From the NCBI RefSeq assembly GCF_000014785.1, contig NC_008340.1, forward strand, positions 3,090,001-3,122,000: a stretch of 32,000 nt of DNA. Direction: 5' to 3'. Numbering within the stretch: position 1 is the first letter of the stretch; each line of letters starts with the position of its first letter. A model generated the notes under the pieces. The model saw nothing but the letters and a program-made list of their open reading frames with translations, did not search any database and was not told the DNA's origin. The DNA comes from Alkalilimnicola ehrlichii MLHE-1. GTDB lineage: Bacteria; Pseudomonadota; Gammaproteobacteria; Nitrococcales; Halorhodospiraceae. Shown here one piece after another: positions 1 through 9,414 of the stretch. Made by a program: the position numbers and the translations under genes.

Positions 1-928
1 CAGAATAAAAGACCTTGCTGGAGAAACTCAGCCGGTCACTGGCCTGGAAGGCATGGGTGAGGTCCCACTTCCAGTAGTTCACGGAGATGTTGTTGTCCTT
101 GCGCCCCTCACCGAGCCGGCGCTTGCCGCGCGGATCGATGGCGAAGTCCTCGGGGGAGAGGTTGCTCTCATCGTAACCGTCGGAGCGCTCCCGAAAGTGG
201 AGAATCGACGTCCGCAGATCGTGCCGGGCATTCACGTCCCAGTCGAAGCTGGCGTAGAAGTCGTCGAACTGGTGCTCCTCGGTATCAAACACCCCGTCCG
301 AATTGGCCCCGGTATAGGCCAGCACCACGCCCACGTCGTCCACGGTACGCCGGTGCATCAGGTGGCGTTTGAAAGTGCCCTGATTACCCCCCGCCAGTTC
401 CACCGTGGTCTCCGGCGTGGGCGTGGCCTGCTTGTTGCGGAAGTTGACGATGCCGTGGTTGTTCAGCGGCCCATGGATCAACTGCCCCGCGCCCTTCAAT
501 ACCTCCACCCGCTCCAGGCGCTGCATGGGCGGCGTGTAGTGGGCACTGGGGTCCAAGTAGTTGCTGGCGCTGATCGGCGAACCATCCTCCAGCAGCAAGG
601 TCTTGCGGGAGCGCCGGGGCGGCGCGCCACGCACGCCGATGCCGCTACGCAGGCCCAGGGCATCATCATCAATGGTCCTGACGCCGGCGACGAAATCAAA
701 GGCATCGTGCAGGGTGAACGGCCGCAGCGCCTCGAAGTCGAGATCGGTGAGCACCGAGGCCGCGCCGGGCGTATCAGCCACCTCATCGAGCAGCAGCGCA
801 CGCACCTGCAACGGCTGCAGGGCGCGGACGGCGCCGGCGGTCTCGTCCTCAGCCAGGGCCGCGCCGGCGGCTGGCAACAGGCTCAGGCCGGCAGTCAGAC
901 AAATCAGGGAATGGGTCTTGCGGTCCAT
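1..928 (-). CDS. TonB-dependent receptor, N-terminal part (continues past left edge)
   Basis: Reverse-strand reading from ATG at 928 gives MDRKTHSLICLTAGLSLLPAAGAALAEDE... signal peptide, then plug-domain-like FDFVAGVRTIDDDALGLRSGIGVRGAPPRRSRKTLLLEDGSPISANYLDP...MQRLERVEVLKGAGQLIHGPLNNHGIVNFRNK. The ORF track lists only the spurious antisense frame 53..976. Confidence 0.85.
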   Translation of the reverse strand, partial: MDRKTHSLICLTAGLSLLPAAGAALAEDETAGAVRALQPLQVRALLLDEVADTPGAASVLTDLDFEALRPFTLHDAFDFVAGVRTIDDDALGLRSGIGVRGAPPRRSRKTLLLEDGSPISASNYLDPSAHYTPPMQRLERVEVLKGAGQLIHGPLNNHGIVNFRNKQATPTPETTVELAGGNQGTFKRHLMHRRTVDDVGVVLAYTGANSDGVFDTEEHQFDDFYASFDWDVNARHDLRTSILHFRERSDGYDESNLSPEDFAIDPRGKRRLGEGRKDNNISVNYWKWDLTHAFQASDRLSFSSKVFYS

Positions 929-1148
929 ACGGGGTCTCCTCCTCTCACCCACGATTTCTGGTTTCGTATGGATTGAGTGTGCCCCCTGGAAGGCGCGCAT
1001 GACATAGGAGAAATTCCTGATCGCACAGATTGTTAAGGGGACGCACAGCGGTCTGGGGAAGGGCATAAAAAGCGACGCACATCCCTGTGCGCCGTCAAAG
1101 GCACGGCGTGAGCCGGAAGCACCCGATACACCGGTCACGGACCCGTGT

Positions 1149-1167
1149 GGGCCCCAGGGCGGGGCCC
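1149..1167. terminator. GC-rich stem-loop just downstream of the porin gene
   Basis: GGGCCCC-AGGGC-GGGGCCC, 7 bp perfect stem, about 30 nt past the porin stop on the minus strand; no clear T-tract. Confidence 0.35.
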
Positions 1168-1195
1168 GCCGCTTCACTAGGAGGAGCGAAGAGGA

Positions 1196-2440
1196 TCAGA
1201 AGAACAGAATGGCACCCAGGGCCACGTTGTCCTCGCGATTGTCGTCACCCGCATGGTTCTCGGCCTTGGTCCGGGTGAACTCGGCGACCAGGTTCAGGTT
1301 CGGCGTGATCGGATGGTACGCGCCCACGATCACCGAGCTGTTGCGGTCAAGCAGGGTATCGGGATCGCCGTTGTTTTGGTCCAGGTTGCTTTCCCCGTAA
1401 CTCAAACCGAGCTTGGTGCCCAATCCCGGCAGGGTGTAGGTGCCCTGCAGCATGAAGCCGTCAGAGTCGCGGCGCGTCCCATCCGCGGAGGCGGCTTGGT
1501 GGAGAAACGCCGTGGTGCCGATGCCCTTGCCTTCGTAGTAGTAGGCGACGCCCTCGAAGCCGGCGATGCCCGCCTTGACGCCCAGGTCGAACCCGGTGGC
1601 GCGGAAGTCATCGAAGCTGCCGTCCCGGTCATCCACCTTCTGGTTGATGAACCCGGCCCAGACGCGGCCACTGACATCCCGAGCCGTCCAATCGTAAGTG
1701 ACTTTGCCCTCGACCGCCGGGCTGGTCTTTTCCCCCACCGCAGCTAGGGAGTTGTCACCCGGCGCGACGGTGAAGGGATCGAAGGGATCAGTGGCGCCGA
1801 TCACAAAGCCAAAGCCGTTGAAATCGGGCGAGGCGTAGCTGATCTGCGCCTTCCAGTCCGCGTAGAGATAGCCGTTGCCGACCCGACCCAAGGAGGTGTT
1901 GCCACCCCCCAGGGTGATATCGGAGACCGTGCCCACCCCCAACAGGCTCATATCGGAGAGGATGGCATCGGAGCCGAAGATCCCCAGGTCACGCCCGAGC
2001 TTGAAGGTACCGATGCGCTCATTGCCCACGGTCAGGAAAACCTGACGGAAGTTCACGTTGCCGAAGCCCAGCCCAGTGTCCGCCGAACCGGCGACGGAGA
2101 CCGCGTCCCCGCCATCCACACCCGGCCAGTAGCTGACATAGGCCGCGATATCGAGGCCGTTCTGGGTGGTGGAGGCGCCGATGCCGAGCTTCGCTGGCAG
2201 AAAACCGGTTCGGATATTGGCGCGCCGGTCGCTCTCCGCGGCGTCCGTGCAGGCCAGGCCGCCCTGGACGGTCGCCGCATCGCTCTCGCAACGGGTGTTC
2301 GTGTAATAGGCATTGACGTTGCCGTCGAAGGTCAGGGTCCAATCACCGGCCTCGACCTCGATCTGCGCCTGGGCGGCGGAGGCCAGCAATAGGCCCGCCA
2401 TACCTGCAGCCGTGGCCACTGGAGTGGTAAAACGTCGCAT
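1196..2440 (-). CDS. Outer-membrane porin
   Basis: 414 aa; signal peptide MRRFTTPVATAAGMAGLLLASAAQAQIEVEAGDWTLTFDGNVNAYY; porin-like alternating strands, GTFKLGRDLGIF, C-terminal VALGAILFF ending in F. Confidence 0.85.
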   Translation of the reverse strand: MRRFTTPVATAAGMAGLLLASAAQAQIEVEAGDWTLTFDGNVNAYYTNTRCESDAATVQGGLACTDAAESDRRANIRTGFLPAKLGIGASTTQNGLDIAAYVSYWPGVDGGDAVSVAGSADTGLGFGNVNFRQVFLTVGNERIGTFKLGRDLGIFGSDAILSDMSLLGVGTVSDITLGGGNTSLGRVGNGYLYADWKAQISYASPDFNGFGFVIGATDPFDPFTVAPGDNSLAAVGEKTSPAVEGKVTYDWTARDVSGRVWAGFINQKVDDRDGSFDDFRATGFDLGVKAGIAGFEGVAYYYEGKGIGTTAFLHQAASADGTRRDSDGFMLQGTYTLPGLGTKLGLSYGESNLDQNNGDPDTLLDRNSSVIVGAYHPITPNLNLVAEFTRTKAENHAGDDNREDNVALGAILFF

Positions 2441-2558
2441 GGTTGCATTCTCCTCTAGGGGTTCGGCGTATCACTTTTTTCGTTATCGCCGTGGTTCAAT
2501 TGTTTTGTGGTTGGCTACCAGCCCCACGCTTCCCTCGTGTGATAACGCCGAACCCTAA

Positions 2559-2574
2559 AGCAGCGACCATGCCA
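2559..2574 (-). promoter_or_regulatory. Candidate sigma54 (-24/-12) promoter for the porin gene
   Basis: Minus-strand TGGCATGGTCGCTGCT against consensus TGGCACGNNNNTTGCW; GG and GC elements at the correct spacing, two mismatches. Confidence 0.45.
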
Positions 2575-2657
2575 ACAACCAAAATCCCTACAGACACCAA
2601 CACTTAATACATAGCTGCCGGCTCAGCCAGTTGGCCTTATGTACCCATGACAACACA

Positions 2658-2809
2658 GTGTGACACCCACTATTCACAGGAATGCCACACCATTAGGATG
2701 CAGGTTCGGTGACTAAACCCCACACCCACAATGGGGCGATCACTGTTGTCCCGGCCATCGAAACCCCGGTGTCACAACTCATCGGGAAACTGTGCCATCA
2801 GCGTGACAC
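2658..2809. promoter_or_regulatory. Cluster of GTGACAC/GTGTCAC elements between divergent porin and aldehyde dehydrogenase genes (candidate activator sites)
   Basis: GTGACAC at 2660-2666, its inverted copy GTGTCAC at 2769-2775, and GTGACAC at 2803-2809. Confidence 0.45.
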
Positions 2810-2872
2810 TTGCTGCGACAACAACTGCCCAGCAACTCGACATCAGGCCGATATTCAGTGGGTTACACAGGA

Positions 2873-2888
2873 TGGCCCAACCCTTGCT
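2873..2888 (+). promoter_or_regulatory. Candidate sigma54 (-24/-12) promoter for the aldehyde dehydrogenase operon
   Basis: TGGCCCAACCCTTGCT; GG and TTGC elements correctly spaced. Confidence 0.65.
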
Positions 2889-3024
2889 CTCTCCATCGCT
2901 GAGTCGGCAGGGTCGGCGTTGAACGGGCCCCCCGCACCGCCCCCCCGACCCGAGGCCTCCCGTCGAAGGGCTCAGGCCGAATACAGCAGATAACAAACCG
3001 AATGATGCGATCGAGGAGACAGTA

Positions 3025-4545
3025 ATGATCTACGCAAACCCCGGTGAGCGCGACGCGAAAGTCCAGTTCAAACCCCGCTACGGAAACTTCATCAATGGCG
3101 AGTGGGTAGAACCGGCCAGTGGCCAGTATTTTGAGAACATCACCCCGGTAACGGGAGAAGTATTCTGCGAAGTCGCCCGGTCCAATGCCGATGACGTGGA
3201 ACGCGCCCTGGACGCGGCCCACGCCGCCAAAGATGCCTGGGGGAAAGCGTCGGTGACCGAGCGTGCCAACGTGCTGCTGAAGATCGCCGATCGCATGGAG
3301 GCCAACTTGGAGCGCCTGGCGGTGGCCGAGACCTGGGACAACGGGAAGCCCGTGCGTGAAACCCTCAACGCCGATCTCCCGTTGGCCATTGATCACTTCC
3401 GCTACTTCGCCGGGGCCATCCGGGCCCAGGAAGGCGGTATCAGCGAGATCGACCACGACACCATCGCCTACCACTTTCATGAGCCGCTGGGCGTGGTGGG
3501 GCAAATCATCCCCTGGAACTTCCCGCTGCTGATGGCCACCTGGAAGATCGCCCCGGCCCTGGCTTGTGGCAACTGCATCGTGCTCAAGCCCGCCGAGCAG
3601 ACACCGGCGTCCATCCTGGTGTTGATGGAGTGCATCCAGGACGTGCTGCCCCCGGGGGTGCTGAACGTGGTGAACGGCTTCGGTGTCGAGGCCGGCAAGC
3701 CGCTGGCCACCAGCAACCGCATCGCCAAGGTGGCGTTCACCGGCGAGACCACCACCGGGCGGCTGATCATGCAGTACGCCGCCGAGAACATCATCCCGGT
3801 AACCCTGGAGCTGGGCGGCAAATCGCCGAACATCTTCATGGCCGACGTGATGGACCAGGATGACGACTTCCTGGACAAGGCCATTGAGGGGATGACCCTG
3901 GCGTGCCTGAACCAGGGCGAGGTCTGCACCTGTCCCTCGCGCGCGCTGATCCAGGAGGACATCTACGACGATTTCATTGCCAAGGTGATCGACAGGTTCA
4001 GCATGGTGAAACAGGGCAACCCGCTGGACACCGAAACCATGATCGGGGCCCAGGCCTCCTCCGAGCAGATGGAGAAGATCCTGAGCTACATGGACATCGG
4101 TCGGCAGGAAGGCGCCGAGTGCCTCATCGGCGGCGACCGCGCCGAGATCGGCGGTGATTTCCAGAACGGCTACTACGTGCAGCCGACCCTGTTCCGCGGC
4201 CACAACAAGATGCGCATCTTCCAGGAGGAGATCTTCGGCCCGGTGGTTTCCGTCACCACTTTCAAGGACGAGGCCGAGGCGCTGGAGCTGGCCAACGACA
4301 CCCTCTACGGCCTGGGGGCCGGTCTCTGGAGCCGCAGCGCACACACCACCTACCGCATGGGCCGGGCCATCCAGGCCGGCCGGGTGTGGACCAACTGCTA
4401 CCACCTGTACCCGGCCCATGCCGCCTTTGGTGGTTACAAGCAGTCCGGCATCGGGCGGGAGAACCACCAGATGATGCTGGAGCACTACCAGCAGACCAAG
4501 AACCTGCTGGTGAGCTACAGCCCCAAGGCCATGGGCTTTTTCTAA
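3025..4545 (+). CDS. exaC: NAD-dependent aldehyde dehydrogenase, ExaC/AcoD type
   Basis: 506 aa; [64 protein letters not shown], catalytic Cys in [16 protein letters not shown]; RBS-like GAGGAGA upstream. Confidence 0.95.
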   Translation: MIYANPGERDAKVQFKPRYGNFINGEWVEPASGQYFENITPVTGEVFCEVARSNADDVERALDAAHAAKDAWGKASVTERANVLLKIADRMEANLERLAVAETWDNGKPVRETLNADLPLAIDHFRYFAGAIRAQEGGISEIDHDTIAYHFHEPLGVVGQIIPWNFPLLMATWKIAPALACGNCIVLKPAEQTPASILVLMECIQDVLPPGVLNVVNGFGVEAGKPLATSNRIAKVAFTGETTTGRLIMQYAAENIIPVTLELGGKSPNIFMADVMDQDDDFLDKAIEGMTLACLNQGEVCTCPSRALIQEDIYDDFIAKVIDRFSMVKQGNPLDTETMIGAQASSEQMEKILSYMDIGRQEGAECLIGGDRAEIGGDFQNGYYVQPTLFRGHNKMRIFQEEIFGPVVSVTTFKDEAEALELANDTLYGLGAGLWSRSAHTTYRMGRAIQAGRVWTNCYHLYPAHAAFGGYKQSGIGRENHQMMLEHYQQTKNLLVSYSPKAMGFF

Positions 4546-4558
4546 GCTGACGTCAGGC

Positions 4559-4581
4559 GCGGGCGGCGTAAAGCCGCCCGC
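4559..4581. terminator. Stem-loop between the aldehyde dehydrogenase and DUF779 genes
   Basis: GCGGGCGGC-GTAAA-GCCGCCCGC, perfect 9 bp stem with 5 nt loop, 14 nt after the stop; weak T-tract, so attenuation or processing rather than full termination is possible. Confidence 0.5.
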
Positions 4582-4660
4582 TCGCTTTCCCGACGACCGG
4601 TCCTGCCGGCGCCGTCCTCGAAGAGGGGCACCGGCCGGTCCGACACCAGGAGGCAGGCGC

Positions 4661-5041
4661 ATGAGTCATTCCCCCGTATCCCGCGTCACCGCCACCGAGG
4701 CGGCGCTGGAACTCATCGACGAACTGCGCGCCCAGCATGGTGAGTTAATGTTCCACCAGTCCGGCGGCTGCTGCGACGGCAGCTCACCCATGTGTTATCC
4801 GAGGGGCGAATTCCGCATCGGTCAGAGCGACATCTTGCTCGGCGAGATCGGTGGCTGTCCTTTCTACATGAGCGAGTCCCAATTCGAATACTGGCAACAC
4901 ACCCACCTGATTATCGACGTTGTGCCCGGCCGTGGCGGCATGTTCTCGCTGGAGGGCCCCACGGGCAGACGTTTCCACACCCGTTCAAGGCTGTTCACCG
5001 ATGCCGAATGGACGGCATTGCAAGCGCAGGAGGGCCGCTGA
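4661..5041 (+). CDS. DUF779 family protein
   Basis: 126 aa; MFHQSGGCCDGSSPMCYPRGEFRIG...DILLGEIGGCPFYMSESQFEYWQHTHLIIDVVPGRGGMFSLEGPTGRRFHTRSRLFTDAEW; family commonly adjacent to ExaC-type aldehyde dehydrogenases. Confidence 0.85.
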   Translation: MSHSPVSRVTATEAALELIDELRAQHGELMFHQSGGCCDGSSPMCYPRGEFRIGQSDILLGEIGGCPFYMSESQFEYWQHTHLIIDVVPGRGGMFSLEGPTGRRFHTRSRLFTDAEWTALQAQEGR

Positions 5042-5107
5042 GCGCAGGCGGTCTACCCCAACTGACAGAACTAAGGTGCCCCCACTAGAGGCGCCGGAGA
5101 ATGATCT

Positions 5108-7174
5108 ATGCGACCACTGACCCCATACCCCACCCTGGGTGTTCTCTCATCCCTGATCCTCGGCACCGCGGGCACCGCCGTGGCCGACACCACCCCATCG
5201 GCCGAGGCCTTGGAGCCTATCCAGGTCACCGCACCGCGCCTGGAGCGGGATTGGCTGGCAAACCCATCCGCCGTCGGCGTGCTCACGCCGGAGGACATCC
5301 AGCCCGGGCACCAGAATCTGCAGATGGATGAACACCTGAACCGGATCCCCGGCCTACAGATGCAAAACCGCTACAACTTCTCCCAGGATTTGCGGGTCTC
5401 CATCCGCGGCTTTGGCGCGCGCGCGCCCTTCGGTATCCGGGGGCTGCGGGTAATCGTGGACGGGATCCCCGAAACCCTCCCCGACGGGCAGTCCCAAGTG
5501 GACGCCATCGACCTGGAATCGCTGCACCAGGCCGAGGTCATCCGCGGCCCCAGCTCAACCCTTTACGGCAACGCCGCGGGCGGCGTGCTCGATCTCCGTA
5601 CCCAAAGCGGCCGGGATATCGACGGCGCCGCGGTCAAGCTGGATTACGGCAGCGACGACTTCCGGCGCATCGGCCTCAAGGCGGGCGGCGGCCAGGGGCC
5701 TTGGGAGTACAGCGTCAGTACCTGGGATATGCGCTACAACGGCTACCGGGATCACAGTCGGGTGGAGAAGCGCCTGTTCAACAGCAAGCTGGCCTATGAA
5801 TGGGCTGATGGCGGACGCCTGGAGACCATCGTCCGCCTGTTGGATGCCCCGGACACCCAGGATCCGGGCTCCCTGACCCTGGACCAAGTGGATGAGGACC
5901 GCCGGCAGGCACGCCCCGAGTCAAAGGCACTGGATGGCGGCCAGTCCGCCGAGCAGCAGACGGTGGGCCTGGTCTACTCGCGTCCCATGGCCGCCCAGGA
6001 CGAAATCACCCTGCGCGCTTTCTACACCCGCCGCGATTTCGGCAATCGACTGCCCTTCGAGAGCGGTGGTCAGGTTCAGTACGAGCGCGACTTTTACGGC
6101 CTGGGCGGCCAATACACCCATCTCAACGAAGTGATGGGGCGCCCCGCCCGGCTCGGCGTAGGCTTCGACGCCGAGGAACAGCGCGACGACCGCCAGCGCT
6201 TTGACAATCTGGCCGGCGGGGCGCGCGGTGACCAGACCTTCGACCAGCGGGAAAAGGCGCGGACCCTGGCGCTCTTCAGCCAGGGCGATCTCGCCCTGAC
6301 CGACCGGTTGGACCTCGTCTTCGGAGCGCGCTTCGACCAACTGCGCATCGCCGTCGATGACCGATTCCAGCCGATGGGTGAAGACCGCTCCGGGCGTGAG
6401 ACCTTCAACGAGTGGAGCTACAGCACCGGTCTGAGCTACCGCTGGGCCCGCGCCCACCAGATCTACGCCAACGTCGGCACATCCTTCGAGAGTCCCACCT
6501 TCACCGAGTTCGCGAATCCCGACGGTGGCACCGGGTTCAATCCCGACCTGAAACCCGAAAAGGCCGTCAACTACGAGCTGGGCGCCAAGGGGTTCATCGG
6601 CGATCACAGCCGTTACGAGCTGTCGCTTTACACCATTCGCGTCCGCGATGAGATCGTTAATTTCCAGCGGGACGCCGGTCGCGACTTCTACGAGAACTCA
6701 GGCCGTTCCCGCCGTAACGGCCTGGAACTGGGCCTGGAACACCGCCCCGCAGACCAATGGGTCCTGACCGCCGCCTACACCTACACCGACTTTGAGTTCC
6801 GCGACTTTGAAGACCGGTTCGGTAATGACTTCAGCGGCAACGCCTTCCCCGGCGTCCCGCGCCAACAGTTATTCGCCGAGGCGGCGTGGCAGGATCGCGA
6901 GGGCCGCTTTGCCGCCCTGGATGTCGTTGCCGTTGACCGGCAGTACGCGGACAACGCCAACGAGGAGCGGGTATCGGGCTACGGGGTCGCCAACCTCCGC
7001 GCCGGCACCCGGCTAAGGCTGCAGGGCCTGGAGGTCTCGCCCTATGTGGCGGTGAACAACCTTTTCGACAAAGAGTACTTCAGCAACATTCGCATCAATA
7101 CCTTCGGCGGGCGCTTTTATGAGCCCGCCCCCGAGCGCACTGTCTTCGCCGGCGTTACCATCCGCCCCCGATAG
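5108..7174 (+). CDS. pqqU: TonB-dependent receptor, YncD/PqqU-like (putative PQQ uptake receptor)
   Basis: 688 aa; RIPGLQMQNRYNFSQDLRVSIRGFGARAPFGIRGLRVIVDGIPETLPDGQSQVDAIDLESLHQAEVIRGPSSTLYGNAAGGVLDLRTQSG and C-terminal NTFGGRFYEPAPERTVFAGVTIRPR match my recollection of E. coli YncD ([48 protein letters not shown]...GRYYEPAPGRN). Confidence 0.8.
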   Translation: MRPLTPYPTLGVLSSLILGTAGTAVADTTPSAEALEPIQVTAPRLERDWLANPSAVGVLTPEDIQPGHQNLQMDEHLNRIPGLQMQNRYNFSQDLRVSIRGFGARAPFGIRGLRVIVDGIPETLPDGQSQVDAIDLESLHQAEVIRGPSSTLYGNAAGGVLDLRTQSGRDIDGAAVKLDYGSDDFRRIGLKAGGGQGPWEYSVSTWDMRYNGYRDHSRVEKRLFNSKLAYEWADGGRLETIVRLLDAPDTQDPGSLTLDQVDEDRRQARPESKALDGGQSAEQQTVGLVYSRPMAAQDEITLRAFYTRRDFGNRLPFESGGQVQYERDFYGLGGQYTHLNEVMGRPARLGVGFDAEEQRDDRQRFDNLAGGARGDQTFDQREKARTLALFSQGDLALTDRLDLVFGARFDQLRIAVDDRFQPMGEDRSGRETFNEWSYSTGLSYRWARAHQIYANVGTSFESPTFTEFANPDGGTGFNPDLKPEKAVNYELGAKGFIGDHSRYELSLYTIRVRDEIVNFQRDAGRDFYENSGRSRRNGLELGLEHRPADQWVLTAAYTYTDFEFRDFEDRFGNDFSGNAFPGVPRQQLFAEAAWQDREGRFAALDVVAVDRQYADNANEERVSGYGVANLRAGTRLRLQGLEVSPYVAVNNLFDKEYFSNIRINTFGGRFYEPAPERTVFAGVTIRPR

Positions 7175-7302
7175 CGCCCCACCAGTCCTCCGGCCCCCTG
7201 TTCCGGCCCCACCGGACAGGGGGTCCTTTGCTTCCGGGGTGCCGGCCACAGCAACCCGATAAAGGTGCCTGTCTCCCGCCTGTAACAGCCCCGGCCCGGC
7301 CG

Positions 7303-7335
7303 ACTGTGCCATTCCTGGGACACTGCAGCGTGACA
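7303..7335. promoter_or_regulatory. Candidate activator-binding region upstream of the PQQ alcohol dehydrogenase
   Basis: ACTGTGCCAT (7303-7312) and CAGCGTGACA (7326-7335), both found exactly upstream of the aldehyde dehydrogenase promoter at 2789-2798 and 2799-2808. Confidence 0.45.
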
Positions 7336-7465
7336 GCCCCGATTTCAGCCGGTTCGCGACCCGACGCCGGCCCCCCATCGCCAAGGACAGCCCCCTCGCC
7401 ACGGCCCCGCCCCGCGTCATTCTGACGCACCTTGAGCGCCATCTCCGAGCACCCAAACGCAGAGC

Positions 7466-7481
7466 TGGCATAGCTGTTGCT
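7466..7481 (+). promoter_or_regulatory. Sigma54 (-24/-12) promoter for the PQQ alcohol dehydrogenase operon
   Basis: TGGCATAGCTGTTGCT against TGGCACGNNNNTTGCW; correct GG-GC spacing. Confidence 0.7.
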
Positions 7482-7560
7482 TGAAGGACGTTGCGGGCTG
7501 GCCACCAAGCCATCCAATTGCCTGGCAACGAAAAAAGAGATGAGAGGAGAAAGGCGAACA

Positions 7561-9369
7561 ATGACTACCGTAAAGCACAACCTGCGCATAGCGCTGATCC
7601 CGGCCACCGTGGCCGCCGTCGCCCTGGGGGCCGGATGCGCCACCGCGGGCAGCCACGGAAACGGGGACTTCCCCGAAAGTATCACCCAGGCGATGATCGA
7701 CGCCGACTTCCACCACAACGACCGCATCCTGACCTACGGCCAATCCCCCGAAGGACAGCGTTACAGCACCCTGGACAAGATCAACCGGGACAATGTGCAC
7801 GCCCTCACCCCGGCCTGGGCCTACTCCTTCGGCGGTGAACAGCAGCGGGGCCAGGAAAGCCAGACCCTGGTGTATGACGGCGTGATCTACGTGACCGGCT
7901 CTTACTCCCGCATGTGGGCGGTGGATGCCCGCACCGGCGAGCGGCTCTGGCAGTACGCCCACCGCCTGCCCGACGGCATCATGCCCTGCTGTGACGTGGT
8001 CAACCGCGGCATGGCCCTCTACGACGACCTGGTCATCTTCGGCACCCTGGATGCGCAACTGGTGGCCTTGGACCGGCACACCGGCCGGGTCCGTTGGCGC
8101 GACCGCATCGCCGACTACCGGGCTGGCTATTCCTACACCGCCGCACCGATGATCGCCAACGATCTGTTGATCACCGGCAACTCCGGAGGCGAGTTTGGCG
8201 CCGTCGGCGAAGTGCAGGCCCGCGACCCGAAGACCGGCGACATCGTCTGGACCCGCCCGGTGGTGGAAGGTCACATGGGCACGCTGCCGGATGGCAGTGA
8301 GACCATGACCGGCGAGCTGAACGCAACCTGGGAGGGTGAGGCCTGGAAGACCGGCGGTGGCGCCCCCTGGCTGGGCGGCACCTATGACCCGGAGCTCAAC
8401 CTGATCTACATCGGCACCGGCAACCCGGCCCCGTGGAACGCCCACGCCCGCCCCGGTGACAACCTCTACACCTCCGCCACCGTGGCCCTGGATGCCGACA
8501 CCGGGGAGATCGTCTGGTACTACCAGACCACCCCCAATGACCACTGGGATTACGACGGCGTCAATGAGCTGGTGCTGTTCGACTACGAGCACAACGGTGA
8601 GACCGTCAAGGCCGGTGCCAAGGCCGACCGCAACGGCTTCTTCTACGTGATGAACCGGGAGAACGGCGAGCTGCTGCTGGCCGAACCCTTCGTGGAGAAC
8701 ATCACCTGGGCCAGCCATATCGACATGGAGACCGGGCGCCCGGTCGAAATCGAGGGCGGCCGCCCGGGCAACCCGGCCGACATGGAGGGCGACCGGGGCG
8801 AGGCCGTGACCGCCCAGCCGGCCTTCCTTGGCGGCAAGAACTGGAGCCACATGTCCTACAGCCAGCGCACGGGCCTGTTCTATATCCCCTCCAACGAGTG
8901 GGAGATGGAGATCTGGAATGAGCCGGTGGACTACCGTCGCGGTGCCGCTTACCTGGGTGCCGGCTTCACCATCAAGCCCATCTACGACGACAAGGTCGGC
9001 GTACTGCGCGCCCTCGACCCGGCCACTGGCGAGATTGTCTGGGAAGTGCCCAACCGCTCGCCGCTCTGGTCCAGCGTGCTCACCACCGCCGGCGGCCTGG
9101 TCTTCTACGGCACCCCCGAGGGCCACCTGAAGGCCATGTGCGATGAGACCGGGGAGGAGCTCTGGAGCTTCCAGACCGGTTCCGGGATCGTCGGCCAACC
9201 GGCCACCTGGGAGATGGACGGCGAACAGTATATCTCCGTGGTCTCCGGCTGGGGCGGCGCGGTGCCGCTCTGGGGCGGGGAGGTGGCCCCGCTGGTCCGC
9301 CATATTAGCCAGGGCGGCATGCTCTGGACCTTCAAGATCTCCGACCTGGCCGCGGAGGCCGGCCTGTAA
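7561..9369 (+). CDS. PQQ-dependent alcohol dehydrogenase, ExaA/PedE/PedH family, probable lanthanide-type
   Basis: About 602 aa from ATG 7561 (RBS GAGGAGAAAGG; the 7477 start lies inside the promoter); vicinal Cys PCCDVVNRG, repeated quinoprotein beta-propeller W motifs, [27 protein letters not shown]. Confidence 0.93.
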   Translation: MTTVKHNLRIALIPATVAAVALGAGCATAGSHGNGDFPESITQAMIDADFHHNDRILTYGQSPEGQRYSTLDKINRDNVHALTPAWAYSFGGEQQRGQESQTLVYDGVIYVTGSYSRMWAVDARTGERLWQYAHRLPDGIMPCCDVVNRGMALYDDLVIFGTLDAQLVALDRHTGRVRWRDRIADYRAGYSYTAAPMIANDLLITGNSGGEFGAVGEVQARDPKTGDIVWTRPVVEGHMGTLPDGSETMTGELNATWEGEAWKTGGGAPWLGGTYDPELNLIYIGTGNPAPWNAHARPGDNLYTSATVALDADTGEIVWYYQTTPNDHWDYDGVNELVLFDYEHNGETVKAGAKADRNGFFYVMNRENGELLLAEPFVENITWASHIDMETGRPVEIEGGRPGNPADMEGDRGEAVTAQPAFLGGKNWSHMSYSQRTGLFYIPSNEWEMEIWNEPVDYRRGAAYLGAGFTIKPIYDDKVGVLRALDPATGEIVWEVPNRSPLWSSVLTTAGGLVFYGTPEGHLKAMCDETGEELWSFQTGSGIVGQPATWEMDGEQYISVVSGWGGAVPLWGGEVAPLVRHISQGGMLWTFKISDLAAEAGL

Positions 9370-9387
9370 GGCCGAGCCCGCACGAAG

Positions 9388-9414
9388 GGCCCGGTGCCGC
9401 CGCAGCACCGGGCC
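9388..9414. terminator. Intercistronic stem-loop after the alcohol dehydrogenase gene
   Basis: GGCCCGGTGC-CGCCGCA-GCACCGGGCC, perfect 10 bp stem, 7 nt loop. Confidence 0.55.

Noticed and set aside
53-976. 307 aa plus-strand ORF at the left edge
   Set aside because: Antisense to a TonB-dependent receptor with a clear signal peptide and plug domain on the minus strand.
2863-4662. 599 aa minus-strand ORF antisense to aldehyde dehydrogenase
   Set aside because: Shadow ORF: the opposite strand has unambiguous conserved catalytic motifs, and this translation has no recognisable domain.
7477-7560. Upstream start (7477) for the PQQ alcohol dehydrogenase
   Set aside because: It lies within the putative -12 element, upstream of the predicted transcription start. 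ATG 7561 has a good RBS and begins a signal/lipoprotein-like sequence.
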